A stretch of 64,000 bases of DNA from a virus: positions 51,065-115,064 of IMG/VR virus record IMGVR_UViG_3300027833_000021. One strand, written 5' to 3'. Shown here piece after piece: positions 47,271 to 57,157 of this stretch. The notes beneath the pieces are model-generated. The model was not told the origin of the DNA. It saw only the letters and a program-made list of their open reading frames with translations, and made no database searches. Made by a program: the position numbers and the translations under genes. The first letter of the stretch is position 1; every line of letters begins with the position of its first letter.

Positions 47271-47638
47271 AACTAGGTTTGAGATTTGCCCCCTGTTTAG
47301 CAGATATAGTAAACGGGAAGATAAAAGTAGAAGAAGTTTCTTTTATCATGGCTAATTACTATTTCTCATGGAATAGTCAACCAAGTGATTTTAATGTCCT
47401 ACTCAAAAACCCAACACTTTCTAATTTAGATAAAGATATATTGTATGAAGTGATAGACAACCTTGAGTTCGATGGCAAAATAGTCAAAAAAACAAATACA
47501 GAAATAAACTATACTTGGCTTGAATTTGTCGAAAGAAACGGCGATTGGGCTGAACTCATTGTATCTCCAAATCTCTCAACACCAGCAGTAAAACACGCAT
47601 GGGACCAGTATCAAATGGTCGCAGGTCTTTGTAAGTAA
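47267..47638 (+). CDS. Hypothetical phage protein
   Basis: 123-aa ORF. Confidence 0.6.
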   Translation: MKLGLRFAPCLADIVNGKIKVEEVSFIMANYYFSWNSQPSDFNVLLKNPTLSNLDKDILYEVIDNLEFDGKIVKKTNTEINYTWLEFVERNGDWAELIVSPNLSTPAVKHAWDQYQMVAGLCK

Positions 47639-47713
47639 AGAATAACTTGACATTACATGCTAATCCATGTATAATACTACCTGACTTAACATTAACTGGA
47701 GAGGTAGATATAA

Positions 47714-48091
47714 ATGATACATGGAATAGGTGTTGATATTGTAGATGTAAACCGATTTCGTGGTATCATTGAAAGACACGGTAACAAATTTGCAAAACGG
47801 GTACTAGCAGAGAGCGAATACAGTACCTACTCAGAATCAAAAGACAAAGCGGCATATCTGTCTAAATGTTGGGCAGTCAAAGAAGCATTTGTCAAAGCAA
47901 TGGGAACTGGTTTTACTAGTGTATATAACAAAAATGATATCGCTTATCAATCATTTTCATATATGCGTCCTAATATAAACCTATCAAACGATGCTAAGAT
48001 TGAGGCAAATAAACTTAACATAATGGTGAACCTGAGTGTAAGTGATGAACTTAATAACGCAGTTGCCTTTGTTATACTTGAGAGAGATTAA
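47714..48091 (+). CDS. acpS: Holo-ACP synthase (phosphopantetheinyl transferase)
   Basis: GIGVDIV, WAVKEAFVKAMGTG and LSVSDE. Confidence 0.92.
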   Translation: MIHGIGVDIVDVNRFRGIIERHGNKFAKRVLAESEYSTYSESKDKAAYLSKCWAVKEAFVKAMGTGFTSVYNKNDIAYQSFSYMRPNINLSNDAKIEANKLNIMVNLSVSDELNNAVAFVILERD

Positions 48092-48190
48092 TAATTTATT
48101 AACTAGAGGAAATAATAGATGAAAATGATGATAACACACTTTAATATAGATAATTCCGATAAATACGATGCGAACAAGAGAGGAATTAAT

Positions 48191-48664
48191 ATGTCAGACG
48201 GTAATTTTATGACGAGTTCGACTCGTGATAGAATCATAGCACAAATCCGAGAACTCGAAGAAAGAAAGCCCGAAATTTCAGATAGAATTGGCGAAGCCAG
48301 ACTACAGGGTGGACTAGAAGAGAACGAAGAACTATTGATGGCGTTGGAGGATATGCAACGACACGAGCAAGAGGTTAACCGTCACCAAGAAAGACTAATC
48401 GACATTCAACTCATCCCACAATTGCCACTTGGCAAAAAGAAAAATGTATTAGTTGGTACAACAGTTACAATTCTTAATACAGAAACTGACCAAGAATTTA
48501 CATATACTATTCTAGGTGTACATGACTCCGACCCAGCAAATGGGATAATTAGTATGAAATCTCCTATGGGTTTAGAACTATTATCAAGGGAAGTCAGTGA
48601 CGAAGTAGAAGTTAATGGGACTTACTACGAAATACTAAAAATAGTTGCAAAAAAGATAAAATAA
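48191..48664 (+). CDS. greA: Transcription elongation factor GreA/GreB family
   Basis: I.EARLQGGLEENEE coiled-coil tip, YTILG..DSDP..GIIS..SPMG; GAGG RBS. Confidence 0.8.
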   Translation: MSDGNFMTSSTRDRIIAQIRELEERKPEISDRIGEARLQGGLEENEELLMALEDMQRHEQEVNRHQERLIDIQLIPQLPLGKKKNVLVGTTVTILNTETDQEFTYTILGVHDSDPANGIISMKSPMGLELLSREVSDEVEVNGTYYEILKIVAKKIK

Positions 48665-48741
48665 TTACTTAATTTTACTTGACAAGGTCTCATATTGTGT
48701 TATAATATGTGTATATCTTAGCGTAAAAAGAGAGAAGAATT

Positions 48742-49305
48742 ATGAAATTATCTATCATTACTATATTGGCTATTGTTGGTTTTTCTGTATTTGCAGAATC
48801 ACAAGACCGATTAAAAGCAATGCCCGAAGAAGATATGACGTTAGCATCTAACGAATTATCAGATGAACAGATATACTGTTTAGCACAAAATGTTTACTTT
48901 GAAGCGGGAAATCAAAGCCTCGAAGGCATGGCCGCAGTTGCAGATGTTACTTTAAATCGTGTACAAGAAGAACGATATCCTGATACCATTTGTGGTGTTG
49001 TAAAAGCAGGTGTAAAGCATTCGAATGGCGAAATGAAGAAACATATGTGTCAGTTTAGTTGGTATTGTGACGGCAAAAGTGATAAAATTCCTAATATGCC
49101 TAACAATCAAACTTGGCAGAATGCAGAATTTGTAGCAAAGGCTATGTTACTACAATACAATATGACAGACGATGGTGATTATTTTGGTATTACTTGTGGT
49201 GCTACACACTATCATGCAAACTATGTTGTTCCAAACTGGATTGAAGACCGCGGTATGGACCGAGTAAAACAGATTGGTTCTCATATATTTTATAAATTTG
49301 ATTAA
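48742..49305 (+). CDS. SleB-type cell wall hydrolase
   Basis: CLAQNVYFEA, V.LNRV, CQFSWYCDG, GATHYHA and IGSHIFY. Confidence 0.92.
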   Translation: MKLSIITILAIVGFSVFAESQDRLKAMPEEDMTLASNELSDEQIYCLAQNVYFEAGNQSLEGMAAVADVTLNRVQEERYPDTICGVVKAGVKHSNGEMKKHMCQFSWYCDGKSDKIPNMPNNQTWQNAEFVAKAMLLQYNMTDDGDYFGITCGATHYHANYVVPNWIEDRGMDRVKQIGSHIFYKFD

Positions 49306-49306
49306 T

Positions 49307-49564
49307 ATGGCAAAACAAACACAAAAATATCTTAAACCTACATTATTTAAACCTAAAGACTCAGTGTTCGAAGGCTTGGTATGGAAACAACCCAACTCAA
49401 AAGGCACAGATACATATGATGTAACGTGTACCGAGAAAGGATTTACATGCGACTGTTTAGGATTTACTTTTAGAGGTAAATGCAAACATACAACAGACGT
49501 ATTAACAAGAGTTGAAGCGGCACTAGACGACCGCTCACCTCAATATCGTTGGGAATATACTTAA
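49307..49564 (+). CDS. SWIM zinc-finger protein
   Basis: FTCDCLGFTFRGKCKH. Confidence 0.8.
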   Translation: MAKQTQKYLKPTLFKPKDSVFEGLVWKQPNSKGTDTYDVTCTEKGFTCDCLGFTFRGKCKHTTDVLTRVEAALDDRSPQYRWEYT

Positions 49565-50100
49565 TGACAACACACGCAACAATTGATATAGAAACACTAG
49601 GGACTAGTCCAGACACAGTAGTATTAACTATTGGTGGAATTAAATTCGACCCGTTAGCAGATGATGGCTTACATAGTGAATTCTACTATCGATTAGATGC
49701 AGATGAACAAATTGGCATGGGTAGAACTGTTGACGAAAAAACACTTGAATGGTGGGAAACTCAACCAGAAGAAATCAAAGCAGAAGCATTAGATACAGAA
49801 GGTAGAGTACCAGTTAACGAAACTCTGAAATCACTAAATAAATGGCTAGTTGGCGTAGATAAAATCTGGTGTCAAGGTCCAGTATTTGATATTGGAATAT
49901 TAGAAAATTTATACAGACAGATGGACTCACATCATAATTGGTCATTTTGGAATATCAGAGATAGTAGAACGTTGTTTGGATTAATGCCAAAAGACCCACG
50001 TAAAGAAATAGACTTTGCGGCACATAATGCCTTAGCAGATGCAGTTGTGCAGAGTTTATGTATTCAAAAAGTTTATAAATCACTAGGGGTATGCAAATGA
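49564..50100 (+). CDS. DEDDh 3'-5' exonuclease (DexA/RNase AS-like)
   Basis: IDIETLG, FD, RDSRT and HNALAD. Confidence 0.88.
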   Translation: MTTHATIDIETLGTSPDTVVLTIGGIKFDPLADDGLHSEFYYRLDADEQIGMGRTVDEKTLEWWETQPEEIKAEALDTEGRVPVNETLKSLNKWLVGVDKIWCQGPVFDIGILENLYRQMDSHHNWSFWNIRDSRTLFGLMPKDPRKEIDFAAHNALADAVVQSLCIQKVYKSLGVCK

Positions 50101-51188
50101 GAATTGAAGAAGATATCAAGTTAGATTATAATAATGTTTTAATCAGACCAAAGCGTAGTACGTTAGGTAGTCGCAAGGAAGTTGACCTAGAACGTGGATT
50201 TACTTTTCGCAACTACAGACCATATGTAGCAACTGACGTATTACCAGATGGATATCCAGTAGTACAAGAACAATACAGACACTATCGCGGCACACCTATT
50301 ATGGCGGCTAACATGGACGGTGTTGGAACATTTGAAATGGCAGATGAATTAGCAAGTCAAAAGATTATGACTTGTTTAGTTAAAACTTACAGTGTAGAAC
50401 ATTTATCAGCATACTTTGGAACAGATAGTGTTGACCGTAAAGAATATGTAGCAATGAGTATTGGTATTATGCCAAAAGATTCTGAAAAGTTTGCCCAAGT
50501 ATATGAACAAGCAGGCAAAGGCATGAAGTATGTTTGTATTGATGTAGCAAATGGTTATAGTGAACGATTTAGTAATTTTGTTAGATTGTTTAGAAAAGAA
50601 TATCCTAATGTAATAATTATAGCAGGTAATGTAGTAACAGGCGAAATGACAGAGGAGTTAATTCTAAATGGAGCAGACATTGTTAAAGTGGGGATTGGTC
50701 CTGGTAGTGTCTGTACTACTCGTATTCAAACCGGAGTGGGTTATCCCCAATTATCAGCAGTCATTGAATGTGCCGATGCGGCTCACGGACTAGGTGGACA
50801 TATTATTGCCGATGGTGGTTGTTCTACACCAGGTGATGTAGCAAAAGCATTTGCTGGTGGTGCCGATTATGTGATGCTAGGCGGAATGTTAGCAGGACAT
50901 GATGAAGGTGGTGGTGAAGTAGTAGATGGAAACATTCAGTTTTATGGTATGAGTTCAGATGCGGCAAACACTAAACACTTTGGTGGATTAAAAGATTATC
51001 GTAGTAGTGAAGGACGTGAAATAGTTGTGCCTTATCGTGGTGCAGTTGCTGATACAATACAAAACATATTAGGTGGTATCAGAAGCACATGCACTTACGC
51101 AGGTGCAAGTAGATTAAAGCACTTAATGAGATGTGCAACATTCATTCGATGTTACGACACACATAACAGAGTATATGAGAACAACTAA
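50097..51188 (+). CDS. guaC: GMP reductase
   Basis: [42 protein letters not shown] and YRSSEG. Confidence 0.95.
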   Translation: MRIEEDIKLDYNNVLIRPKRSTLGSRKEVDLERGFTFRNYRPYVATDVLPDGYPVVQEQYRHYRGTPIMAANMDGVGTFEMADELASQKIMTCLVKTYSVEHLSAYFGTDSVDRKEYVAMSIGIMPKDSEKFAQVYEQAGKGMKYVCIDVANGYSERFSNFVRLFRKEYPNVIIIAGNVVTGEMTEELILNGADIVKVGIGPGSVCTTRIQTGVGYPQLSAVIECADAAHGLGGHIIADGGCSTPGDVAKAFAGGADYVMLGGMLAGHDEGGGEVVDGNIQFYGMSSDAANTKHFGGLKDYRSSEGREIVVPYRGAVADTIQNILGGIRSTCTYAGASRLKHLMRCATFIRCYDTHNRVYENN

Positions 51189-51436
51189 TGAATAGATTAA
51201 CAGAACCATCAATTCATATTATAGGTTCAACGACCACAGAGGGAGTTGCATTACCATATAATGTTTCAATGCTTCTTAATGATGTAGATAATCATAAAGC
51301 ATTCAGAAAAATGATGGCAGAAAAGTTCAATTCTAAAGACATTAGTATTCGTATAAGTAAGTATATCAATGAAGCATCTATTCATTTTCGAAATGAAAGT
51401 GACGTTGCAGAATTTTTATTATTAGTAGGAGAGTAA
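51188..51436 (+). CDS. Hypothetical protein
   Basis: 82-aa ORF coupled to guaC. Confidence 0.55.
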   Translation: MNRLTEPSIHIIGSTTTEGVALPYNVSMLLNDVDNHKAFRKMMAEKFNSKDISIRISKYINEASIHFRNESDVAEFLLLVGE

Positions 51437-51859
51437 ATGAAGATTGGATTTACAGCCTCAGCATTTGACTTGTTACATGCAGGTCACACACTAATGCTTG
51501 AAGAAGCAAAAGAACAATGTGACTGGTTAATTGTAGGATTACAAACAGACCCATCAAAGGATAGAGCATCAAAAAACAAACCAGCACAAACTATTGTAGA
51601 ACGATATCTACAACTACGTGCATGTAAGTATGTAGACGAAATTATTCCTTATAGCACTGAACAAGATTTAGAAGACTTGTTAGCAGGAATGCATATTGAT
51701 GTTCGCATTCTAGGAATTGAGTACCGTGATAAGGACTTTACAGGACATGATATCTGTAAAAAACGTGATATAGAAATCTTTTTCAATGAACGAGACCATC
51801 GTTTCAGTTCATCAGGACTAAGAAAGCATATCGCTGAATCATTTAAAAAGAAAAAATAA
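51437..51859 (+). CDS. Cytidylyltransferase (TagD-like)
   Basis: FDLLHAGH, VGLQTD and RFSSSGLR. Confidence 0.9.
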   Translation: MKIGFTASAFDLLHAGHTLMLEEAKEQCDWLIVGLQTDPSKDRASKNKPAQTIVERYLQLRACKYVDEIIPYSTEQDLEDLLAGMHIDVRILGIEYRDKDFTGHDICKKRDIEIFFNERDHRFSSSGLRKHIAESFKKKK

Positions 51860-52641
51860 TGGCAATAAACAAAGAAACAGTTTTAGAAGTAGAACACTAC
51901 ACAGACAGATTATTTAAAATCACAACAACAAGAGACAAAGCATTACGATTCCGTGATGGTGAATTCTTAATGATTGGATTGGACCATTTCTCAGAGAAAC
52001 TACAGAGAAACAAACCAATAATGAGGGCATACTCTGTTGCATCGCCTAGTCACCAAGATACATTAGAATTCTATTCAATCAAAGTACAAGACGGACCACT
52101 GACAAGTAAACTTCAACACATTAAAGTGGGTGAAGAGATACTAGTCAACACAAAGCCAGTCGGAACTCTTATTACAACTAATGTAAAGAGTGGCAGAACT
52201 TTGTATATGTTAGCCACCGGCACTGGTATAGCCCCATTTTTAGCACTTATTAGAGGCTTTGAAGTCTATGAGAACTATGATAATGTAATTCTAGTTCATG
52301 GAGTGCGAGAAGTAAAAGAACTTGCCTTCCTCGATTACCTTACTAACTTAAATGAAGATGAAATTTATAAGGAAATCACAGAAGGTAAATTTCAGTATTA
52401 TGCAACTGTAACACGAGAAGATTTTACAAATACTGGTCGTGTAACTGATGCGATGTATTCTGGTAAAGTACAAGAAGTACTAGGACTAGAAGAATTTGAT
52501 AAAGACAAAGACAGAGTTATGATATGTGGCTCTATGGAAATGAACTTAGAACTAAAAGAATATTTTGAAGGAGCAGGTCTCGTAGAAGGTACGATGAAAG
52601 AACCAGGTGAATATGTTTTAGAGAAAGCATTTGTTGACTAA
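51859..52641 (+). CDS. fpr: Ferredoxin-NADP(+) reductase
   Basis: RAYSVAS, GPLTSKLQ, ATGTGIAPF, MICGS and C-terminal EKAFVD. Confidence 0.95.
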   Translation: MAINKETVLEVEHYTDRLFKITTTRDKALRFRDGEFLMIGLDHFSEKLQRNKPIMRAYSVASPSHQDTLEFYSIKVQDGPLTSKLQHIKVGEEILVNTKPVGTLITTNVKSGRTLYMLATGTGIAPFLALIRGFEVYENYDNVILVHGVREVKELAFLDYLTNLNEDEIYKEITEGKFQYYATVTREDFTNTGRVTDAMYSGKVQEVLGLEEFDKDKDRVMICGSMEMNLELKEYFEGAGLVEGTMKEPGEYVLEKAFVD

Positions 52642-52697
52642 AAAGATAAATATCTCATACAGCAAAAATCACATAATCACTTATAAGGGAGACTTCA

Positions 52698-52940
52698 ATG
52701 AAAGCAAAAATCTATACTAAAGATAGTTGTACATTTTGTGTACAGGCTAAAACGTTAATGAACATCCGAGGAATTGACTTCGAAGAATTACACATGCAGA
52801 AGAATCCAAAAAATAGAGACGAACTAATGGAAAAATGTGAAGCAATTAACGTTATACCAAGAACTGTCCCACAGATTTGGATTGATGATGAATATATTGG
52901 TGGCTTTCAGGAGTTGAAAAACAAACTTGATGCTATCTAG
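52698..52940 (+). CDS. Glutaredoxin
   Basis: CTFC, TVPQI and IGG motifs. Confidence 0.92.
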   Translation: MKAKIYTKDSCTFCVQAKTLMNIRGIDFEELHMQKNPKNRDELMEKCEAINVIPRTVPQIWIDDEYIGGFQELKNKLDAI

Positions 52941-53559
52941 GTATACTTTCTTAACTGGTGCTCCTGGTTCTCGTTGGAGCGGTGTAGCACAGTTAATAAC
53001 AGACAACTATAATTACGATAAATCTGACGAAAGTTCAGCAAGACAATATGTTCATGGAAAGTTTACAGGACATAAAGGGTCATACTTTGGTCCTGGAATG
53101 GAACTTGGTGAAGACTTTCATAGACTAGAACAATCATATGTAGACCGCCTCAGATTTGAAGCGATGTGCAATTCTGCATTTCATAATTCCTCTTCAATTC
53201 AAACTAAGATGATAAAATGTCACCAGTTTGCCTATGGACTAGACTGGCTCAAAAAGAATGTTCCTATTAGTAACATCTTACTAGTAAAAAGAGACACAGA
53301 TGCTTCATTTGATTGGTGGAAAGAAGCAGGTGGATGGAATATTACATATCCAAACTACGAATGGTATATTGATGATGGACATATGCGACACTACATTGAT
53401 ACCGAAATCAAATTAGCAGATATGTTTGTAGAGAAGACAAAAAATAGTTGGTCCTACATTACAGAAAAATGGCTTACTGAAAACTTTGGCACTCATTCTA
53501 TTAAACTGCCACCTAACCTAGATGATGTACAAGTTTGTTTAATAACTACTGACTTTTAA
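52930..53559 (+). CDS. P-loop protein, sulfotransferase-like
   Basis: FLTGAPGSRWSG, IKCH and LVKRD. Confidence 0.5.
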   Translation: MLSRYTFLTGAPGSRWSGVAQLITDNYNYDKSDESSARQYVHGKFTGHKGSYFGPGMELGEDFHRLEQSYVDRLRFEAMCNSAFHNSSSIQTKMIKCHQFAYGLDWLKKNVPISNILLVKRDTDASFDWWKEAGGWNITYPNYEWYIDDGHMRHYIDTEIKLADMFVEKTKNSWSYITEKWLTENFGTHSIKLPPNLDDVQVCLITTDF

Positions 53560-53601
53560 TAATATTCTGATAAATAGTAGTACTACGAAAGGAAACTATT
53601 T

Positions 53602-54018
53602 ATGGAACAATTAGGTATAGAAGTAACAGATTTATTAATGCCGTGGATTAGTGTACTAATTTCACTTCTTGTTGCTATCTGGATGAAAGACTATGCTACA
53701 AGTCTAGCAAAAGGTCTCAAATTTAAGATGAATCCAGCATTCAACGAAGGCGATGAAGTGCTACTAGACGGTGAATTGTCAATGATTGTTAAAATTGGTA
53801 CAAGAGAAACAGTATTTGGTGTATATTCTGAAAGAGGATATACTTGGAGATACGTTCCAAATGAAAGAATTCCTTATCTAAAACTTGAGAAAGTCATCAA
53901 AAAAGACTTACATATCGATACTGACGAAGAAAAAGCAGAAAAAATGAAAACTGCTATCGATAAGTTACAGGATGACCAAATCGCTAAGAACAAAGAAGCA
54001 ATATCTAAACTCAAGTGA
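53602..54018 (+). CDS. MscS beta-domain-like small membrane protein
   Basis: TM helix, then F.EGD.V.LDG...VKIG.RET...VPN; late motif at 53569. Confidence 0.6.
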   Translation: MEQLGIEVTDLLMPWISVLISLLVAIWMKDYATSLAKGLKFKMNPAFNEGDEVLLDGELSMIVKIGTRETVFGVYSERGYTWRYVPNERIPYLKLEKVIKKDLHIDTDEEKAEKMKTAIDKLQDDQIAKNKEAISKLK

Positions 54019-54189
54019 AACATACTCCTGTCAAAGACCTCTTCAAGGCTTTACTTGTTCTAAGTCCTATATGGATATGGATTCTAGTAGAAATCTTTTT
54101 TCTAAATTAATCAATCTTTTCTATTGACTTTTACCTCATAATTTGTTATCATTAGTGTTATTGATGAAAGAATTGGGAGTAAAAACTTA

Positions 54190-55116
54190 ATGAGAGAACT
54201 TTGGGTAGAAAAGTATCGACCAACAAACATCACAGATTATGTATTCCGTGATGATAAACAACGACATCAAGTATCGAATTGGGTAAAGAGTGGTGCAATT
54301 CCACATCTACTATTCAGTGGTGGTGCTGGTACTGGCAAAACAACATTAGCAAAAGTTCTATTGAACGAACTAGATGTAGATGCTGGTGATATTATGATTA
54401 TCAACGCATCGAATGAGAATAATGTTGATACGATGCGAACAAAGATACAAGGCTTTGCAAGTAGTTTTCCATTCTCTGGTGAATTTAAGTATGTATTACT
54501 AGATGAAGCAGACTACCTGTCACCAAACGCACAAGCAATCTTGCGTAATATGATGGAAACTTATTCACAGACATGTCGTTTCATTTTAACATGTAACTAT
54601 CCAAACAAAGTTCTTCCAGCAATTCACTCTCGTTGTCAAGGTTATCACATTGAGAAACTAGACCAAACTGAATTTACAGTTCGAGTTGCTACAATTCTTC
54701 TAACAGAAGAAACTGAATTTGTTCCAGAAGATTTAGATGTATATGTTAAATCAACTTATCCAGATTTACGTAAATGTATCAATATGGTTCAGCAGAACAT
54801 TGTTGATAATAAACTTCAACAACCCGGTGCTGGTGAAAGTGGTGAAAGTGATTGGATATTAGAATACGTTGCATTATTTCAATTAGGCAAAGTATCAGAA
54901 GCAAGAAAACTTATTGTATCGAAAGCAAGGGCAGAAGAATACGAAGGCGTATACCGTAAACTATATGAGAACCTAGATTGGTTTGGTGAAGATGATATTT
55001 CGCAAGGCAAAGCATTGCTTTGTATCAGAGACGGTCTTGTAAATCATGGTGTTGTTGTAGACCCAGAGATTAACTTGAGTGCGACTTTACTCGAACTTCA
55101 ATACATTGTAAAATAA
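54190..55116 (+). CDS. Sliding-clamp loader subunit (T4 gp44 / RFC small)
   Basis: WVEKYRP, GGAGTGKTT, INAS, LDEAD, SRC and DLRK.IN. Confidence 0.93.
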   Translation: MRELWVEKYRPTNITDYVFRDDKQRHQVSNWVKSGAIPHLLFSGGAGTGKTTLAKVLLNELDVDAGDIMIINASNENNVDTMRTKIQGFASSFPFSGEFKYVLLDEADYLSPNAQAILRNMMETYSQTCRFILTCNYPNKVLPAIHSRCQGYHIEKLDQTEFTVRVATILLTEETEFVPEDLDVYVKSTYPDLRKCINMVQQNIVDNKLQQPGAGESGESDWILEYVALFQLGKVSEARKLIVSKARAEEYEGVYRKLYENLDWFGEDDISQGKALLCIRDGLVNHGVVVDPEINLSATLLELQYIVK

Positions 55117-55117
55117 T

Positions 55118-55537
55118 ATGGAACACGGAGAAGAACCATATTCACCTAGAAGAATAATAAACGATGAACAGGAAGCGATTATTGGTGGTGAATTTCTTGC
55201 TTATCTAATTAGTAAAGCAGATAACCAAGACCCAATTACGCCATTTTCATCTATAAAGACTATTGATGATAATCTGAGAATTCATATAAATCGCACAAAT
55301 GATTTGAAATGGGCTATAGATGATGCTATTGGCTGGATTAACAATGATGATTGTGATTACGTTATCATCGGCGATGATGCCGATGCATATTCTACTGAAT
55401 TATGTGAGAGTTTACAATCATTATTTCAAACTTATGCACCAGTAGAAATAACAAAGCAAGATGAATGGATTATTGTAAAGATAAATATTAAAAACAAGAA
55501 TATAATTATAAACAATCAAACTATAAAAATCGAGTAA
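55118..55537 (+). CDS. Hypothetical protein
   Basis: 139-aa ORF. Confidence 0.55.
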   Translation: MEHGEEPYSPRRIINDEQEAIIGGEFLAYLISKADNQDPITPFSSIKTIDDNLRIHINRTNDLKWAIDDAIGWINNDDCDYVIIGDDADAYSTELCESLQSLFQTYAPVEITKQDEWIIVKINIKNKNIIINNQTIKIE

Positions 55538-55538
55538 C

Positions 55539-55862
55539 ATGGCAAAAAAAGCATATCTAGTGTTAGCACACTCATTCGCACCTGCACCAGGTGCCAATAC
55601 ATCAATGAAAAACTTCGCAACCGAAGGTGAATGGCAGATGCACGAATCTATATTCTTTGTAACAAGAATTAGGAAACGTTGGTATCAGTCTGCCACTACT
55701 ATTGTGAATATCTCTGATGGCATTATAGAAAAGAATAATGCTGAAACTTCAGATTATAATCAAATTGTTCAACACGTAATGATTAAGTATCCTGCTCAAT
55801 ATAATGCATTCATAAAAGAATGTAAAGAAGAGGGTCTAATCACTAAAGGGTCGAGCGAGTAA
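55539..55862 (+). CDS. Hypothetical protein
   Basis: 107-aa ORF. Confidence 0.6.
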   Translation: MAKKAYLVLAHSFAPAPGANTSMKNFATEGEWQMHESIFFVTRIRKRWYQSATTIVNISDGIIEKNNAETSDYNQIVQHVMIKYPAQYNAFIKECKEEGLITKGSSE

Positions 55863-55871
55863 AAGGACAAA

Positions 55872-56180
55872 ATGGACTTACACGGACTTGATTTAAACAC
55901 TGGATGGCAAGAATACAGAAGAGCCACAGAAGAGTGTTACAAAAAGAAAATAAAAAATCTAAAAGTAATTACGGGCCAAGGTGATATGGCAAAAGAATTT
56001 CTAGGATGGGTTCATGCAGACCCATTTGCTATATCGGCTAGAAATCCCGAGAACAATAAAGGTTCTTGGACAGTATCAATCAAAAAGCATAAGACTGAAA
56101 ACAAGCCACCAAAAAGTACAAAAAAAGATAAATTAGATTTAGAAATACTTTTTACTAAATTTAAAAAGATAGGAGAATAA
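55872..56180 (+). CDS. Stand-alone Smr-domain protein
   Basis: DLHG at the N-terminus, VITGQG and N.GS..V. Confidence 0.75.
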   Translation: MDLHGLDLNTGWQEYRRATEECYKKKIKNLKVITGQGDMAKEFLGWVHADPFAISARNPENNKGSWTVSIKKHKTENKPPKSTKKDKLDLEILFTKFKKIGE

Positions 56181-56181
56181 A

Positions 56182-56817
56182 ATGTTAAATGAAATACTTA
56201 AAAAGAGATTTACTACTAGGTTCTGGGATGATTCAAAAGAAGTTCCTTACGAATTAATACAAAGTGTACTACAAGACGTATATGACGCACCAAGAAAGAA
56301 TGGTGATACCAGAGTTGTTGTTAAAGTGTTGACACCGAGTGAAGAAGGTGAAAAAATGAAAGACGAACTATTAAAATTAAGTTGGTGTAGGGATGGCGAC
56401 AAAGCCGCAATAGACAACGAAGGACCTATTAGAGTACAAGGACAATTTACAGCGCCTTATGTTCTGTTATTTGGTACTACAGAAGAAACTGAATATGACC
56501 AACACAATGTAGCAAACGCAACACTACAAACAACATTAGCAATGGTATCAGCAGAAGAAAAAGGATTGAATACAGCATATTGCCAATGTATAGAACCTGA
56601 AGATGCGTTGGCATCTGATGTAAACTTTTTTGTAATGAGTGGACTAGGTATAGGCTATGCTCAAACACCTACAGAAGAACCAGAACGTTACCCAATAGAC
56701 AGAGTTACTATTTTAGAAAATGAAGTTCATTATGATACGTCAAATGTGATACCTGGTCATAAGTACTTTGGTGAAAGAGAAAAACCTCAGTTATCAGATA
56801 TGAGTATTATTATCTAA
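56182..56817 (+). CDS. Nitroreductase-family protein
   Basis: KRFTTR, AP...G, AEEKGLNTAYC and LGIGY. Confidence 0.7.
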   Translation: MLNEILKKRFTTRFWDDSKEVPYELIQSVLQDVYDAPRKNGDTRVVVKVLTPSEEGEKMKDELLKLSWCRDGDKAAIDNEGPIRVQGQFTAPYVLLFGTTEETEYDQHNVANATLQTTLAMVSAEEKGLNTAYCQCIEPEDALASDVNFFVMSGLGIGYAQTPTEEPERYPIDRVTILENEVHYDTSNVIPGHKYFGEREKPQLSDMSIII

Positions 56818-57141
56818 ATGAATTGCTTAGTATTAGGCATAGCATTATCAATGCATGTAGGTCTACAAAATGACTACAATCAGGCACATCCATATTTGAT
56901 GTGTGAGAAGAATGAAATAATAACTGGTGTGTATTATAATAGTTTGAGTAAACCAAGTTTAGTATTGGCAAAAGAGTATAGTTTGTCTGATGATTTGAAA
57001 GTAGACCTTGGACTTGTCACAGGATATGTATATGATGTTGTACCGATGTTCAGAGTTAGATACAAAAATCTCTTTATGATGCCTGCACTTGAAGACGATA
57101 GAAGTGGATTAGTTTTTGGAATACAGTTTGATTTAAATTAA
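56818..57141 (+). CDS. Hypothetical beta-rich exported protein
   Basis: YN..HP...GVYYNS...LGLVTGY pattern. Confidence 0.5.
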   Translation: MNCLVLGIALSMHVGLQNDYNQAHPYLMCEKNEIITGVYYNSLSKPSLVLAKEYSLSDDLKVDLGLVTGYVYDVVPMFRVRYKNLFMMPALEDDRSGLVFGIQFDLN

Positions 57142-57157
57142 CAATGGAGTGTAATAC

